From contig JARDVH010000163.1 in the NCBI GenBank assembly GCA_030324005.1, forward strand, positions 57,205,677 through 57,269,676: a DNA stretch of 64,000 nt, given 5' to 3'. How positions within the stretch are numbered: the first letter of the stretch is position 1; each line of letters opens with the position of its first letter. This document shows, in pieces, positions 35,435-48,379 of the stretch. A model generated the notes under the pieces. The model ran no database searches, had not been told where the DNA came from, and was given only the letters and a program-made list of their open reading frames with translations. This DNA is from Negaprion brevirostris (taxonomy: Eukaryota). Position numbers and translations under genes: made by a program.

Positions 35435-36769
35435 AATTATCTTTCCATTTCGAACTGGGACATTCAGCACATGGATCCTTCTCTTCCCATCAGATTCACT
35501 GCTCGTTCAGCAGTGAGTCCGGGATAGTGGATATAGCCAGCGGGTGCAAAGCAGGCACAGGCCGTTTTACAAATTACACAAACTTGAAGAATAAAACTGG
35601 GTCAAGCGTACAATGGGGCCCTGATTCGCTATCGCTTGTTTTGCATGCACCATCCAGCTAGACCAATTTCACCCCATTGCGATCCAATACATGAAATACA
35701 TGGGGTTGCGCGGTTAGGTCTTGGATGGGATTGTTGTCGGTGTAGACTTCTTGGGCCAAATGGCCTCTTTCTACACTGCTCCCTCCCTCCTCCGGCCCCC
35801 CCCCCCACCCCACCAAGGTACAGCCTGAGGTGGTGCAATGCAAAGGATGATTTTATATCATCTGAATGTTCCAACTCTGGAAGCTTGCATTTGGAAGATC
35901 AGCTCTACACCGTAAAACTTGCCCTCCAACATCTGACAGGTGACACTAAGCCCGACAAAAAAGTGCCTCAGTCCAGCAATGAGAAGTTTCCATTTCTCAA
36001 GACTATCTAAACCTCAGGTCCTACAGAGGAAGCAACAGAACTCTGCTCCGCTGCACCACTCTGGCCTGCGAGGTGCCAGTTTGAACTTATTCAGGGAATT
36101 ATTTACTAAGTCCTTTGTGAGAAGCTTACAGCTTACCCTGCATATTTGCACAAAACTTATTCCAGTCACCAAACAAAAGAAAGCCCTGTTTGTTATCCAT
36201 TTTAATTACATTTGTTGAATCTACTTGGTTTGCAATTTCAGGTCACACAAATAGATGTTTGCTAAACTAATTAAGCAGCCAATTAAATTCTGGTTCAACA
36301 GACAAGAAGCTTGGGTTAGTGCAACTGAGTTGCAATGTTTAACAAACTAATAACAAAGCTGAGCGGCTGCCTTATTGCTACGCCTGAACTGATCTCGCAC
36401 TCCAGGCAATCCATGTGTTTATTCTGCAGTGAGACAGATTTTCTGATTTACTCCATTTGTAAAATACCAAAGGATACGTCATCCTCAGAGCTTTGTGTTG
36501 TCTCAGCAGTAAGAACCTCAGTGTCTCTGAGACAGAAGACAGCTGTTTGCCTACAATCTGTGCACACGTCTTCCTCGAATACAGCGGCAGACCTTCCACA
36601 CAAGTCTGTCGCCAGTAATTGTGACACTATGTTGTCTCGATACATAGTCAAGCCCAACGTACAACAAACCTCCTCTTACGCTCATGATCAATGGAATAAT
36701 GATCACAGGATGGATACTTCTGCCTCACCTGCTTGTCGAGCTAAGATGGAAGCCAAGAACTGAGCTGAT

Positions 36770-37160
36770 AGTCATAGCTCAGCATTAGCATTCTTGCTGT
36801 TGTGAGGAGGTTCAAGCCCTTTGCTAAAATATCTGATTACATAATCTTAGCTAACATACTCATGCAGCACAGCTCCACTGTCAGAGATGCTGTCTTTCAA
36901 ATCAGATACTAAGCTGAGATACTCACCTCTGATATATAGCACTATTTTCAGGCAGAGCAGTGGAATTCTCCTGGAGAACATTCATCACTCTACCAACACC
37001 GAAAACAGATTATGTGGCCATCAATTTCCTAGCAGCTTATGAGGTGCTTGCCACAGTCGTGGTGAGCTAATTGGTGGTGTAAGGATCGCAGAACAGATCT
37101 ATCTTGTGACTCACCTGCTTGCTAAGCTGTCAACAGTGACGATGCTTCATAACTACTTGA
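36770..37160 (+). mobile_element. DeuSINE (decayed)
   Basis: 'cactgtcagagatgctgtctttcaaat...cactattttcaggcagagcagtggaattctc...aacagattatgtggcc'. Confidence 0.65.
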
Positions 37161-37449
37161 ACTTCATGCAAAGACGAGGCTTAAAGAAAAGCCCGGCTTG
37201 AAGAAATAATGTATTGAGGGGAGGGAGAAGTGTGGTAAATAAGCGGAAAGTGGGAGTTTGGCCCCTCAGTAGCAGCAAGCCCATCCTTTGGAGCTGCTGG
37301 CCAATTTGATTCCCAAATCCAGGCAAGTCTGGGAAGGAATCAGGGAGCACAGTGAACAGTTACAGGGGAAAATCTTGGAGTCCATGTAGAGAGGAACAAA
37401 AGGGGACAAAATTAACATTTTGGGAGTGGGGGGTGTGCTTCCGATGCGT

Positions 37450-37820
37450 AGATGGTGGTGTAGTGGTAATGTTAGTGGACAAGTAATCCAGAGGCTCAGG
37501 CTAATATTCTGGGGACATTGGTTCAAATCCTATCTTTGAATTGAAGTAATAAAATCTGGAATTGGACACTAGTTTCAGTAAATGTGACGACGAAACAATC
37601 ATCGACTGTTGTAAAAACCCATTGGTTAATGTCCTTCAGAGGCGGAAATTCGCCAAACGTATCCAGTCTGGCCTACATGTGATTTCAGATCCACAATGTG
37701 ACTGATTTTTTAAACTTCCCTCTGAAATGATTGACCAAGCCACTTTGTTCAAGGACAATTAGGGATGGGTAACAAATGCTGGCCTTGCAAGCGACATTCA
37801 CATCACGAGAGAATAAATTT
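37450..37820 (+). mobile_element. tRNA-derived SINE family B, near full length
   Basis: Head 'gtagtggtaatgttagtggacaagtaatccagag...ggttcaaatcc'; tail 'caaggacaattagggatgggtaacaaatgctggccttgc'. Confidence 0.85.
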
Positions 37821-38689
37821 AAAGATCCCCCCTTTCCCATTTTTCCAACAAAGTTAAAAAAAATGACATGCCAACTGTTGCTGCCTACCTTTTTATGGGG
37901 ATTGAGTTGAGTGTGCGGGAAGGCAGTGTGCTGGCCCCCCGTCATACTTTACAGAGTGCCATCCACCCACCCACTACCTCACCCACCAGCAAAAATCCAG
38001 CCCCACTGGTTGTGAAAACCTATGGTGGCCATGGAAGATGTGGTATAAGTGCAAGTCTTTCTTTCTGTTTGGAAAGGCTTCGATGTGGGACCAGAATAAA
38101 TCAGAGGACAAATCGATCCATCCATTCACTCTCTTGGCAGCATGGGTGTATTCATAGGTGGCTTGCTGGGTAACTGTAGCACCATCCATATCATTTAGTC
38201 CTAGCATCGGAGCCTTTAAGAAGTCAGTAAATTCATGAGGCAAAGTAAAATTAACTTCTGAGATTCACAGAAATTGACCCTCCTTGAAAGAGGTGACACC
38301 AACAAAATTCAGGAGAAGCCATGCCCACCCAAACGGATTCCAAAACCAAAAATGAGAAAGGGCTGTAATTAGTAACTTGCAGAGTAACATTGTAACTTCT
38401 AGAGACTCCCTATACATGGGATGCTCTGAAAATACTGATTTAATCTTCAAGAAACTCCTAAAAGTAGTAATTTAGTCTTGGGAAGTTATTAACCCTGGGG
38501 GCCTTGGTAAATATTGATACACACCAGGTGAGCCTCATCCTTACTGTAGAAAGACAGAGTCAGCGAGCTACACAGTAAGACAACGCAGAACCTTACCTTA
38601 AAACATGGTCCAATTTGTAAAACAAAAAGCAATGTAGAAATGGAGATGACCCTTTTGCCTGTTGGGTTTGCTTTGTCATTCACTTAGAT

Positions 38690-38895
38690 CAAACCCAGAT
38701 GGTTTTACTAACGTCCTTCAGGGAAAGAAGTCTGCCACTCTTCTCTGGTCTGGTCTACCAGATTCCTAGCAATGTGGTTGGCTTTTAAATGCCCTCTGAA
38801 ACAGCTTCGCAAACACTCAGTTCAAGGGCGATAGGGATGGGCAATAAATGCTGGCCTTGCCAGCAACGCACAAATCTTATGTATGAATATAAAAA
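38690..38895 (+). mobile_element. SINE family B 3' half
   Basis: 'gcaatgtggttggc...ctcagttcaagggcgatagggatgggcaataaatgctggccttgccagc'. Confidence 0.85.
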
Positions 38896-38899
38896 AAAA

Positions 38900-39225
38900 C
38901 AAGATCTTGACTAATTTTCCTCCTTTGCACCATATCCTTTGATATGTTTACCTCAAACAATCTCAGTTTTGAAATTGTTAACTGACTGTCTTTTTTGGAA
39001 GGAGAGCAATTCATATTGCCATAGCCTTTGATGTGCTTCTTAATATTGCCCCTGAACAGTCTAGCTGTAATTGTATAATGTTGTAAGCTTCTTGTTCTGG
39101 ACACAACCCCCAAACCAGTAGAATTTTTTTTTTCCCCTTTATATCCTTTAGTCATCTTAAACATCTCAATTAGATCACCACTTAATCTCTCACATTTGAG
39201 GGAATACAAACTTGGTCTACACAAT
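38900..39225 (-). mobile_element. CR1 3' fragment
   Basis: ORF 38877-39224 begins LYSLKCERLSGDLIEMFKMTKG. Confidence 0.75.
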
Positions 39226-39244
39226 CAGGGCTTCACAGAAAAAG

Positions 39245-39470
39245 GAAAGGATGTGCATGTATGTGACACTTGAACAACAGACAGCCCAAAACACTTTACA
39301 ACCAATGCAGTACTCTTAGGAAGCAAGATCACTGCTATAAGGGAGGAAACTATTTTGCACACAGCTGGGCCCCACAATCAGCAGTGTGATAATGACCAGA
39401 TAATCAGCTTTATTGATGTTGATCGAGGGATTAAATCCTGGCCAGGACACTGGGGATCACTCCTTTGCAC
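39245..39470 (-). mobile_element. DeuSINE 3' part
   Basis: 'cactttacaaccaatg...gtgataatgaccagataatc...gagggattaaatcctggccaggacactgggg'. Confidence 0.8.
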
Positions 39471-40309
39471 TTCCACGAGTTCAGCAGAACTGCCCTGAAA
39501 CCTGAACGTCCAGCAACTGTGTCTGCGTGTCGATGCGAGAACATAAAACACCACGAGCTTGAAGGCAGCAAAAGAATGAGAATCCTTTGGGTTAAAAAAA
39601 GGAAGCCATTATTTAGTAGTTTTAATGATAACTCGCCATTATGTCTAAGAGCTGGGAGAAAACTAACATCCACTGCAGAACTGAAGCACTCACTATTCCT
39701 GTGAACCACAATATGCAAACATTAGCATGTGAAAATCGTGTATCCTTTTGACTTCACATTTCTTGAACTTGGGGTCAGAACAAAAAGGAGGAAGGCTTGA
39801 AAGTGTCTTTCTTTTTTTCTCTCCTCAAATCACAGTATATATCATTCCTTTGTCCAGCAGAAGCCAGGCAGATTTTTCTTTGCATGGCTGATACAACAAT
39901 CGGGTAAAAAGCCTGTGCAGGGTCTAGAGTGAGCCTTTTATAAATCTTTCCCATCATTTTGAGCTTGGTGTGCTGTTGGTAATTTATTGAGACATAAAGC
40001 AAACCCATGCATACTTTAACATCAGATTAAGGAGGCTTTGAGTCCATGGTGAATAGAAAGACACCGACAGTAAGAGTGTGGTTTATGACTCATGGTTAAT
40101 GAACTGCCAGCAACCCTGGATGACCTGAACCAGACAGAGTGAAGCAGCAAAAGTTCATCGCTGGTGCATTGTGGAGGGGATCAAATTAATCTCTTAAATT
40201 ACATATTCCCATCAGGCTGACGTTCCTCAGGAATCCTGCTGTCCAAGGGTGACCTATGGAACTGCCATGCATCCCCACCAAACAATGTCAGTCCCACTGC
40301 TCCTGGTTT

Positions 40310-40935
40310 CTCAGCCTAGTGACTCAATGGGCAGCACTTTCACCTCTGAATGAGTGGTTACGAGTGTAAATTGCCATGCAAGAAACCCGAGCACAAAGCC
40401 TAGGCCGTGACACCTGAGTGCAGTCCTGAAGGTCTACGGCACTGTAGGTGGTGCCACCTTTTGGGTAAGACAAAAACCCATTCTCCCTCTGCCCTCGCAG
40501 CTGTAAATGATCCTATAGTAAGTACTATATTGAAGAAAAGCAAAGGAGCTCTCTCCAGTGGCCGGGCCAATGTTTATCCATTGAGGTTAGCCTATTGGAA
40601 TATGAACTTCCTGATTAAGGACTTAATTGATGGGCAATCAAAGTGTATTTTCCTTGTATTTTATGGGGAATGTCAGTTCCTCTGATGCCCCCGAAGGTAT
40701 ACTGCTGACTGATAGAAACTGTGTACTGCTGTTGGAATTATAAATAAAGGGATTTTGGAGAAGGGACCTTTGCCTCCAAAGACTTATTACAGTGACTGTG
40801 CAATGTGCAAAATGGCTGCTACATTTTCTATATTACACTAGAGGCTGCACTTCAAAAGTATTTGTTTGGCTGTAAAGTGTTTTGGGACTCACTGAGGACA
40901 TGTCAATTCTACGTAACTGGGCGTTTTTTTCTTTG
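40310..40935 (+). mobile_element. DeuSINE split by a ~210-bp insertion
   Basis: Head 'gggcagcactttcacctctgaa', Deu domain up to 'gccaatgtttatcc', resumes 'gtgcaaaatggctgc...cacttcaaaagta..ttggctgtaaagtgttttgggac'. Confidence 0.75.
40582..40791 (+). mobile_element. Probable solo LTR inside the DeuSINE
   Basis: Non-SINE insert with AATAAA about 45 bp before a terminal 'ttattaca'. Confidence 0.4.
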
Positions 40936-41278
40936 TCCTTTCACAAGGACAGTAAGGTGGGAAGAAATCAAGTATAGGGAGTCCGTCCACTGGGAGTTTC
41001 TGCCTGGATCCAGATTATGAATGGTGGGTAAGTTATACGAGGTGACAAAGGGCAGATCTAGGCCCCATCAGTGGGATCCAGTATAGATCCCGGAACAATG
41101 CCCTCAAATTTTGCTCATTCTCCCAACACAAGGGGCTTGTGGAAGGTGACACTGGCGGATGCCAGAGCTTCCAGCTGCTACGAGCATACGGCAGAGATGC
41201 ACCCAAAGTGCTGCTTCGGCTCAATCTGATCTTTGTGGATAAGATTCCCGTCCATGAACCCAACACACTTTGGTGGAG

Positions 41279-41298
41279 TCAGCACTAGAGGGCAGCAC
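41279..41298 (+). promoter_or_regulatory. Candidate CTCF site
   Basis: 'tcaGCACTAGAGGGCAGcac' differs by one base from the core CCASYAGRKGGCRS. Confidence 0.4.
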
Positions 41299-42909
41299 AT
41301 CCCAGTGGAAATATCAGGGTCCTGACCTGTGAATTTGGCACTCTTTTGTTTAGACCTAGTCAACAACGCACAGCGGATAGATTCAACATACTCATCAAGC
41401 CATCAAAGTCAGTTCTGGTGGCAGCACAGATGTTAAAAGTGGATAAAATATAGCTAAGGAAACAAGAATAAACTGGCAGGATTCATATTCCTTACTGATG
41501 TTATCCAGTGACCCTCTGTAAGAAAGTACGTGAGGATATCAGGTCAGAACAGCACCAAGGAGCTGATGCCCCCAACACAGACATTTACCAGGGATAGACA
41601 GAAAATAAGGAGCCTTCATTCAGAGACAAGGGGAAAAAAAAACCATGGTCCCTCCCAGAATCACTAAATCACCCAGTGAAACCATTTAACTCAGCAAGGA
41701 CCGTGCAGGATTCAATCGAAAGCTTCCTGTTCATCTGGCACATTGATTAGTGACCCATTGGCTTCAGTTTTGAACTGATTAACAATCAGACGCAGGCNNN
41801 NNNNNNNNNNNNNNNNNNNNNNNNNNNNNNNNNNNNNNNNNNNNNNNNNNNNNNNNNNNNNNNNNNNNNNNNNNNNNNNNNNNNNNNNNNNNNNNNNNNN
41901 NNNNNNNNNNNNNNNNNNNNNNNNNNNNNNNNNNNNNNNNNNNNNNNNNNNNNNNNNNNNNNNNNNNNNNNNNNNNNNNNNNNNNNNNNNNNNNNNNNNN
42001 NNNNNNNNNNNNNNNNNNNNNNNNNNNNNNNNNNNNNNNNNNNNNNNNNNNNNNNNNNNNNNNNNNNNNNNNNNNNNNNNNNNNNNNNNNNNNNNNNNNN
42101 NNNNNNNNNNNNNNNNNNNNNNNNNNNNNNNNNNNNNNNNNNNNNNNNNNNNNNNNNNNNNNNNNNNNNNNNNNNNNNNNNNNNNNNNNNNNNNNNNNNN
42201 NNNNNNNNNNNNNNNNNNNNNNNNNNNNNNNNNNNNNNNNNNNNNNNNNNNNNNNNNNNNNNNNNNNNNNNNNNNNNNNNNNNNNNNNNNNNNNNNNNNN
42301 NNNNNNNNNNNNNNNNNNNNNNNNNNNNNNNNNNNNNNNNNNNNNNNNNNNNNNNNNNNNNNNNNNNNNNNAGAGAATTACAAAAAAATTAAACTTCAGC
42401 CTCAATAAACCATGGGCTGGGGGAGGGGACTGTCAACCTCATTAACCAATCAATTACAGTGTAGAAAGAAGCCATTCAGTCCATCGTGTCATTGCCAATC
42501 AAAAAAAAAGATAAATGAAAAAAAAACTTGCCACTGATTTTAAGCATTTTCTAGCACTGGACTGTAGCCTCACAGGTTAAGCACTTCAGATGCGGAGATC
42601 GGTTGATAGCTGCAGAGAGGAACCCCTTGTTGCTTCTTCTAACTTACTAGCTGCTGGGTACTAAATGTGACGTAACCCTCAAACACCTGCTCTGGTTGAG
42701 ATCAGTGGCTGTACTCATGACAACTGCGAGCCCGCATGGATTTATCTACAATGCCATTTGAGGGGGTGCTCAAGCAGTTGGAGATTCGAGATTTTCATGT
42801 TTCAAGGTCAATGGCCTTCTCTGTGGTGAACCTGCTGCAATCTGATGGGAACATTCAATGATGCTGCTAGGCCAGTGGTCCCGCTGTTGTCCATTGTCTT
42901 GCTGCTTTT

Positions 42910-43200
42910 CAACTTGTGTTTGCAGAGCACTTTTAACACAGTAAAACACAGCAAGGCATTTCACAACAAACTAAACTTGACAGCCAAAGGGAGACATTCA
43001 GTAACAGTTTGGTCAAAGAGGTAGATTTTAGGGAGGGGGAGGCATAGAGAGGCAAAGATGTTTCAGGATGGAATTCCAGAGCTTCAGGCCTAGGCAGCTG
43101 AAGACATGGCAACAATGGTGGATTAATGAAAATTGGGAATGAGCAAGAGACCAAAACTGGAAGAATGGCGAGACTGCAGAATGTTGTGGGGTCAGAGGCG
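42910..43200 (-). mobile_element. L2 3' end
   Basis: 'ttggtcaaagaggtagattttagg...ggaattccagagcttcaggcctaggcagctgaagacatggc'. Confidence 0.8.
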
Positions 43201-43335
43201 GTGACAGAAATGCAATTGACATTTCATCAATCTGAGATATCAACTGAGTTTCTCTCTCCTCAGACGTGATCTGCTCACTATTTCCAGCACTTGCTGTTTT
43301 TATTTCAGATTCCCAGTGTCTCCAGCACTTTACTG
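43201..43335 (+). mobile_element. Penelope pLTR remnant
   Basis: 'gtttctctctcctcagacg...tatttccagcacttgctgtttttatttcagattcccag'. Confidence 0.6.
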
Positions 43336-44084
43336 AGATGAATCCAAAAGGAATACAATGCACAATTGCTGATGTGCTGAGTGTGATGGGGGTTCCCTTT
43401 CAGGTTGAAGGCAAACTGGGGTGAGTAAGGGGACTTTAATGAGCACCGAAAATTCCACACAAAGTGATTTACATTTCAATGTGAGCCAGAAAAAAAATTA
43501 TGTTGGTCCCGAGCACTTTTCCAAAGCATACATTTCGCATGTTTTGGATCAAGTGGGCTACTTTGTGTAGAATACTGCACCAATAGTCATTCACAGAGGA
43601 AGCTCTCCCTATCTGCATGACACTGCCATGCAAGGCAAGTCTGTTTTCTCAAGCTTCACATATTGCCATCGAGACAGCATGCAAAGAGAAACACAAGGGC
43701 GTTTCTGTTCCCTTCTCCTCTGCAGCATGAATCCAGGGACTTGTGTGCAAGTGCAGCTCCTCCAGGTACCAACAGTCTCTAGGACTTCAGCATCAAGACA
43801 TACATTGTGTATAAGCCCAAATTGAACAATTGCTGGTAAGCTATTCATTCACGTGGGGGCGGGAAAGGGGAGAATCGGAGGCAGAGTAGAATCTGGTTCT
43901 GGTTTTAACGGTTATCACACAGGCAAGTTACAACAACAATGACTGGATTAAAGTCTGCAAAGGGGGAGTGTACCTTCCCTCCTTTCCAGTGGACAATACG
44001 AGCACTCCTGATACAATACAGGAGTATTGTAACAAAAAGCACTGAACTGACCAGGGATTCAAGCTGGAAGCTTCCTGCTGTCAC

Positions 44085-44290
44085 CTTCTCATTCAATGGC
44101 AGCAATCTCACTTCCACGAGTAAGGGTTCGAGATCGACTCCAGGGGGTTCAGCACACAGTCCATGCTGACACTCCGTGAGGTACTGGGGGACTGGCACCC
44201 TCAGAGAATGTGCCTGTCCTCTCAGGTGGACACAATGAACCCTGTGGCATTATTTAGGAGTAAAACAGAAGTGTTTCCACTAAACCTCAT
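44085..44290 (+). mobile_element. DeuSINE 5' part
   Basis: 'ggcagcaatctcactt...gctgacactcc...cctctcaggtggacacaatgaaccctgtggcattattt'. Confidence 0.6.
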
Positions 44291-44510
44291 CTCCGGGTTG
44301 TTTGGGAAAATTCTGAATGAATGAGTAGATGTATTTGAGAGCGTGTGTAAACCACAATGAGGTGTTCATGCAAGACGGATCATATAACACTGAATTTCTT
44401 GCCTGCAATTAAGAAAATAAACAGAGTTGTAAGTTTGCAGATGACACAAGAGCACATTAATTTCCCCAATAGGGAAGAATACAGCAGAGGCAAATTCTAT
44501 TTTCCGCACA

Positions 44511-44562
44511 TTGGCAAACAAGGATGAACTGAGGACTTGGCAAACATGGATGAACTGAGGAC
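44511..44562 (+). repeat. 26-bp tandem duplication
   Basis: ttggcaaacaAggatgaactgaggac / ttggcaaacaTggatgaactgaggac. Confidence 0.95.
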
Positions 44563-44699
44563 TATCTTGTGTCTGCATGTACAGTGTTACAACAAGACAA
44601 GTCAGCCCCAGGGATCTGAGCACAGCATTGTGTGCTCCCCTCAATTCAGTTTTCCCTCCTCACCAACAACATTCCCTGCTTTGTTTCTGACTGCACTGC

Positions 44700-44990
44700 T
44701 TCATCCTGAGGCACAGTTTTCCGGCGTAGGACGGGATCCGACAGTCATTCTATTTTCTCAGCCAACTGATCATTCTTCATGTGAACCTAGGTTGGGAGCA
44801 TCGGAAGGCTATTCAGCAGTGGTGCACGTTACAATAGAGCTCAGCCTTGTCCTCATCCAACTTTTACACGTCAATACTTGACGCTTTTTCATGAGTGGGG
44901 AGGGGGGCTGGTTTTCAGTGTGAAACAGCTCTGTCATCTAACCAAAACCAAGCTCATCACTACTGAAATTTAAAACATGACTCAGTATCA
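44700..44990 (-). mobile_element. AmnSINE2-like SINE
   Basis: 'cattcttcatgtgaacctag...ggctattc...gagctcagccttgtcctcatccaac' is the reverse complement of the 3' region at 15295-15450. Confidence 0.55.
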
Positions 44991-46954
44991 GTGTTTTCAT
45001 TTACAGAGCGTTTAGTACCATCTCTCTCAACTCACAAGCAAGGAAAAGCAAAAGCGCAAGTCCTAAAGAGTTCTTAAAAAGTGGTGCTTTACTTCATCGA
45101 AGGCTTTAACCATTTGGATCCCTGGAATTAACAGATGTTCCTTTCATGCAAACTGAGCAATGGCAGTAAATCTCCAACCAGCACAAGCAACGCTCTTCAT
45201 CCCTACTTGTCATTTGGAAGGATTCCAAGGAATCAATGTTTGAAATTCATGGGATTTAACAGAGCTGCAAGTTCTCCCCAGAGCAGACTTTTAAAAAGTT
45301 ATCGAGAGCATTCGCTCAAAGAACTTATTATCACGTTAGCTCCTCTTGGACATGGACCATCTGTCTGATGAAGGGGGAAAAAATGCAGATCCAATCTCAA
45401 CAAGACAAGAGTTTCACTGTTTTGTATAAAGTTCAGACGTGTTTGTGTTCTTTTTATACAGTAATAGGATTCGTCATCTATGTGCTTACACAGCTTGTTG
45501 CTTAAGATAAACATGCCCAAGAAACACCAGTGTCAACATCCTTTGCCTTTATGTTTGTACTTATGGGCTCTAAACAAAATACAGAACCAGAAAAAAGCTC
45601 TCACTTGGGCAGCTTGTCTTGTGATTCTGTATCTCACTGATCATCATGGCCATCGTTCCTTTAAGCTTTTCTACGTAAACACCAAATTTCTAGTCCTGTA
45701 TGTTTGTCCTCCTTTTCTCTCCTCAAACTGACTCTTGATCTGCTTTGTTGCCTCCTTCAAAGATCATCTATCTTAAGGGTGGGGGTGATGTCTATCACAA
45801 GGTAGACCGGGGAAGGAGCACAGGGCCTTTTGCTGTCCATCATTTTTTGTACGCTGACAAAAGGAAGATGTCATTTACATAATCTCATTTTTTTACTACT
45901 TAATCCCTGAATGCAGAACAGTGAAATATCAACTGTTTCAGTACTCTGTTCCCCATTAATCTGTAAACACATAGTTTGACACTGCATAATTGCCACTTTT
46001 AGATATACTTCATCGACTTTCCCCGTGCCATCTTTCTTTGCTTCTCCCATCCCTCACAAGTCCGTTTACTCCTTGTTGCTGTGAGATATCACTAAATGGC
46101 TGCAATTTGATTGGAAGGAAATATCACTGACAAGCCTCATTCTTGTCTCTGCTTAGAACCTTGATCCCTGTTTAGATGGCATCTAAAAATAAAATCGACA
46201 GTTCTATTAGGGGTTGATTGGTCAATGACAGAAACCCTGGCAGATTTCACCTTATACTGCCCCCCCAACCTCCACCATCTCCCCAATCCTCCACCACCCC
46301 CCCTCCCAAATCCTCCACCCCCCATTAACCATCTCCAATCAAACCCAAGGTAGCTGAGGTCATTTGCAGTGCCCTCTCTTACTTATATGACTATCTCAGG
46401 ACCCAGCTGTTTGGCACTTCGCTGTTTTTCTATGGCTACACTGCTCACTGCTTCAGCTCCCTGATGCATTTGAGAAGTGGCTCCCCTTCCTTTTCACACT
46501 AGCAGATGCATCACACACTACATCCTTGCTCTTCCTCAACTTATAAGTCAGACATGGAAAATTACTGAGCAAGTAACGTTCGGAATCTTGGCCACAGGAC
46601 AAGAAGATTGGCAGCCTCCCAATGCCATGTGAGGAATTGACTTCTGTCTCCTGCTGGTTGTCAGTCTGGTATTACTGTGACACTACATGTCAGTGTTGGC
46701 TGGTAATGGAACACACATGGTTTAATTTAGCCGCATTGACAGATAGCGACCCGGGTCAGGTCAAGAATCCAAAGTCCAGGTGGAAACTGATCTCCTGAAA
46801 ATAACCCAGTGAATTCTTCACCACACAGATGGTGTTAGAAATAGAGCTGTAAATACAGTCTCTGTCATGCACACACTATAGTGTGATTGCCAGGGATCAT
46901 CTAACACACCAATTGATCATTCTAAGACCTGAAGTTTTATTTCTGGCTCTTCCT

Positions 46955-47140
46955 GTTGGCAAGATCTTCTGGTCCCACTCAAGCATCCTCTCCCCCCATC
47001 CCCTGCCATGACGGTTTTCCCAGTGGCATGGTTGGCGAGCGACGCAAATGGCCATTGACTTTGGAGGGACCAAAAAATGTTACTGATGCCCAATGGCAAG
47101 CTACTGCTGCTGGAAACCTCCTCCAGGCGTGGTGGTCAGT
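46955..47140. mobile_element. MITE-like element related to 2372-2500
   Basis: 'aaatggccattgactttggagggacc' approximates the reverse complement of 'tcccgccaaaatcaatggacattt'. Confidence 0.45.
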
Positions 47141-47594
47141 GGTGGGGGTGGTTCCAGAAAACCTTGTCTTGTATCTATAGATATGGATATTCCTATGTGG
47201 TACCTGTACAACACCAATTTGCTACCACAAGGTGTTTACACTTCTTTTCAGAACCAGAAAAATGTCACTTATTTGGTCTCCTATTTTCACAGAGTCCAAC
47301 CCACTGCCACTCAGTCCCCAAGAGTGAGCTTGATTTATAGCATGCCGTAGGCTGCATCGGCTGGATGAAAGGTTAACACACAGGCACGCAATGGAATGTC
47401 AGTTGTAGGTTTGGGAATGGGCTTCTCATCTGCCGTTAAATGACAGCTTAATTAACAATAGCAAAAACAAAGTAAAAAAAGTGACTAAATATGAACAGAT
47501 ATTGCATTCAGGTTCTGATAATTCATCTCAGCTACCAATCATTGCACATGAGGACAGATGGCATTGGATAGTCTGTTGATCTGGGGAAAGGGAT

Positions 47595-47790
47595 CAAAGC
47601 CCATTTCAAAGACCATATCCGGGTCCGAATCATACAACAGGGTCACTGGGTAGCAATAGCAGTGCTGTCTGGCTGATCTTTTTCAATATCCTAGGTTTGG
47701 GACATGGAGGACACTTGTCACACCATCTTAACTAACATGAAAAAATTAGTACCAACCAAGGGACTGACGGAACCACAATGAACAGTAAAA
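47595..47790 (-). mobile_element. AmnSINE2-like SINE
   Basis: 'cagggtcactgggtagcaatagcag...tggctgatcttttt...cctagg..ggacatggagg'. Confidence 0.5.
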
Positions 47791-48379
47791 GATTAAAAAT
47801 TCAAACTTAGATGATTAAACTGCACCCTGTGTTATTATTAAACCAAGAGTTTGGGGATTGGAAAATGTTCTCAACTCACAGTGTCAGAAGCATGTACATG
47901 TGGAGAGGGAGAAAGCAGGTGTTCTAGCCACCTTAGTGAGCAGCACCATACATTCCAAACTGATATATCTGAAGCCTTCAATGCTTAGTTTAGAAATGAG
48001 TGACGGTGGGACAGAAATAGAAGCATATATATTTTCCTGCCTCAACACTGGAGTGCTGAAAGATTGACCACTATCTGTTCACATTACTTTAGACAAGCTT
48101 TATCAGACTCCAAGTTCTTGCTTAGAGGGCATACAGCCACAGAATGATTAACTGGCAATCCTAGAAGACTAATACTTGGATAATGATAATGGCCTTTTGC
48201 TCAAACCTCATTGTTGAGGTCGCCCTCAGTTCAAGGTGATGTATACTCAAGAGTCATGACTTTCTATCTGGGTTTTTACGTGGCTAAGCAGACCAATTTA
48301 CAAGCTGTAGATTTTCAGGTATCCCACATGGCAGTGGGACCCAGAGTGTAAGATTGGGTTCCTTTTCCTTACCTTCTCT

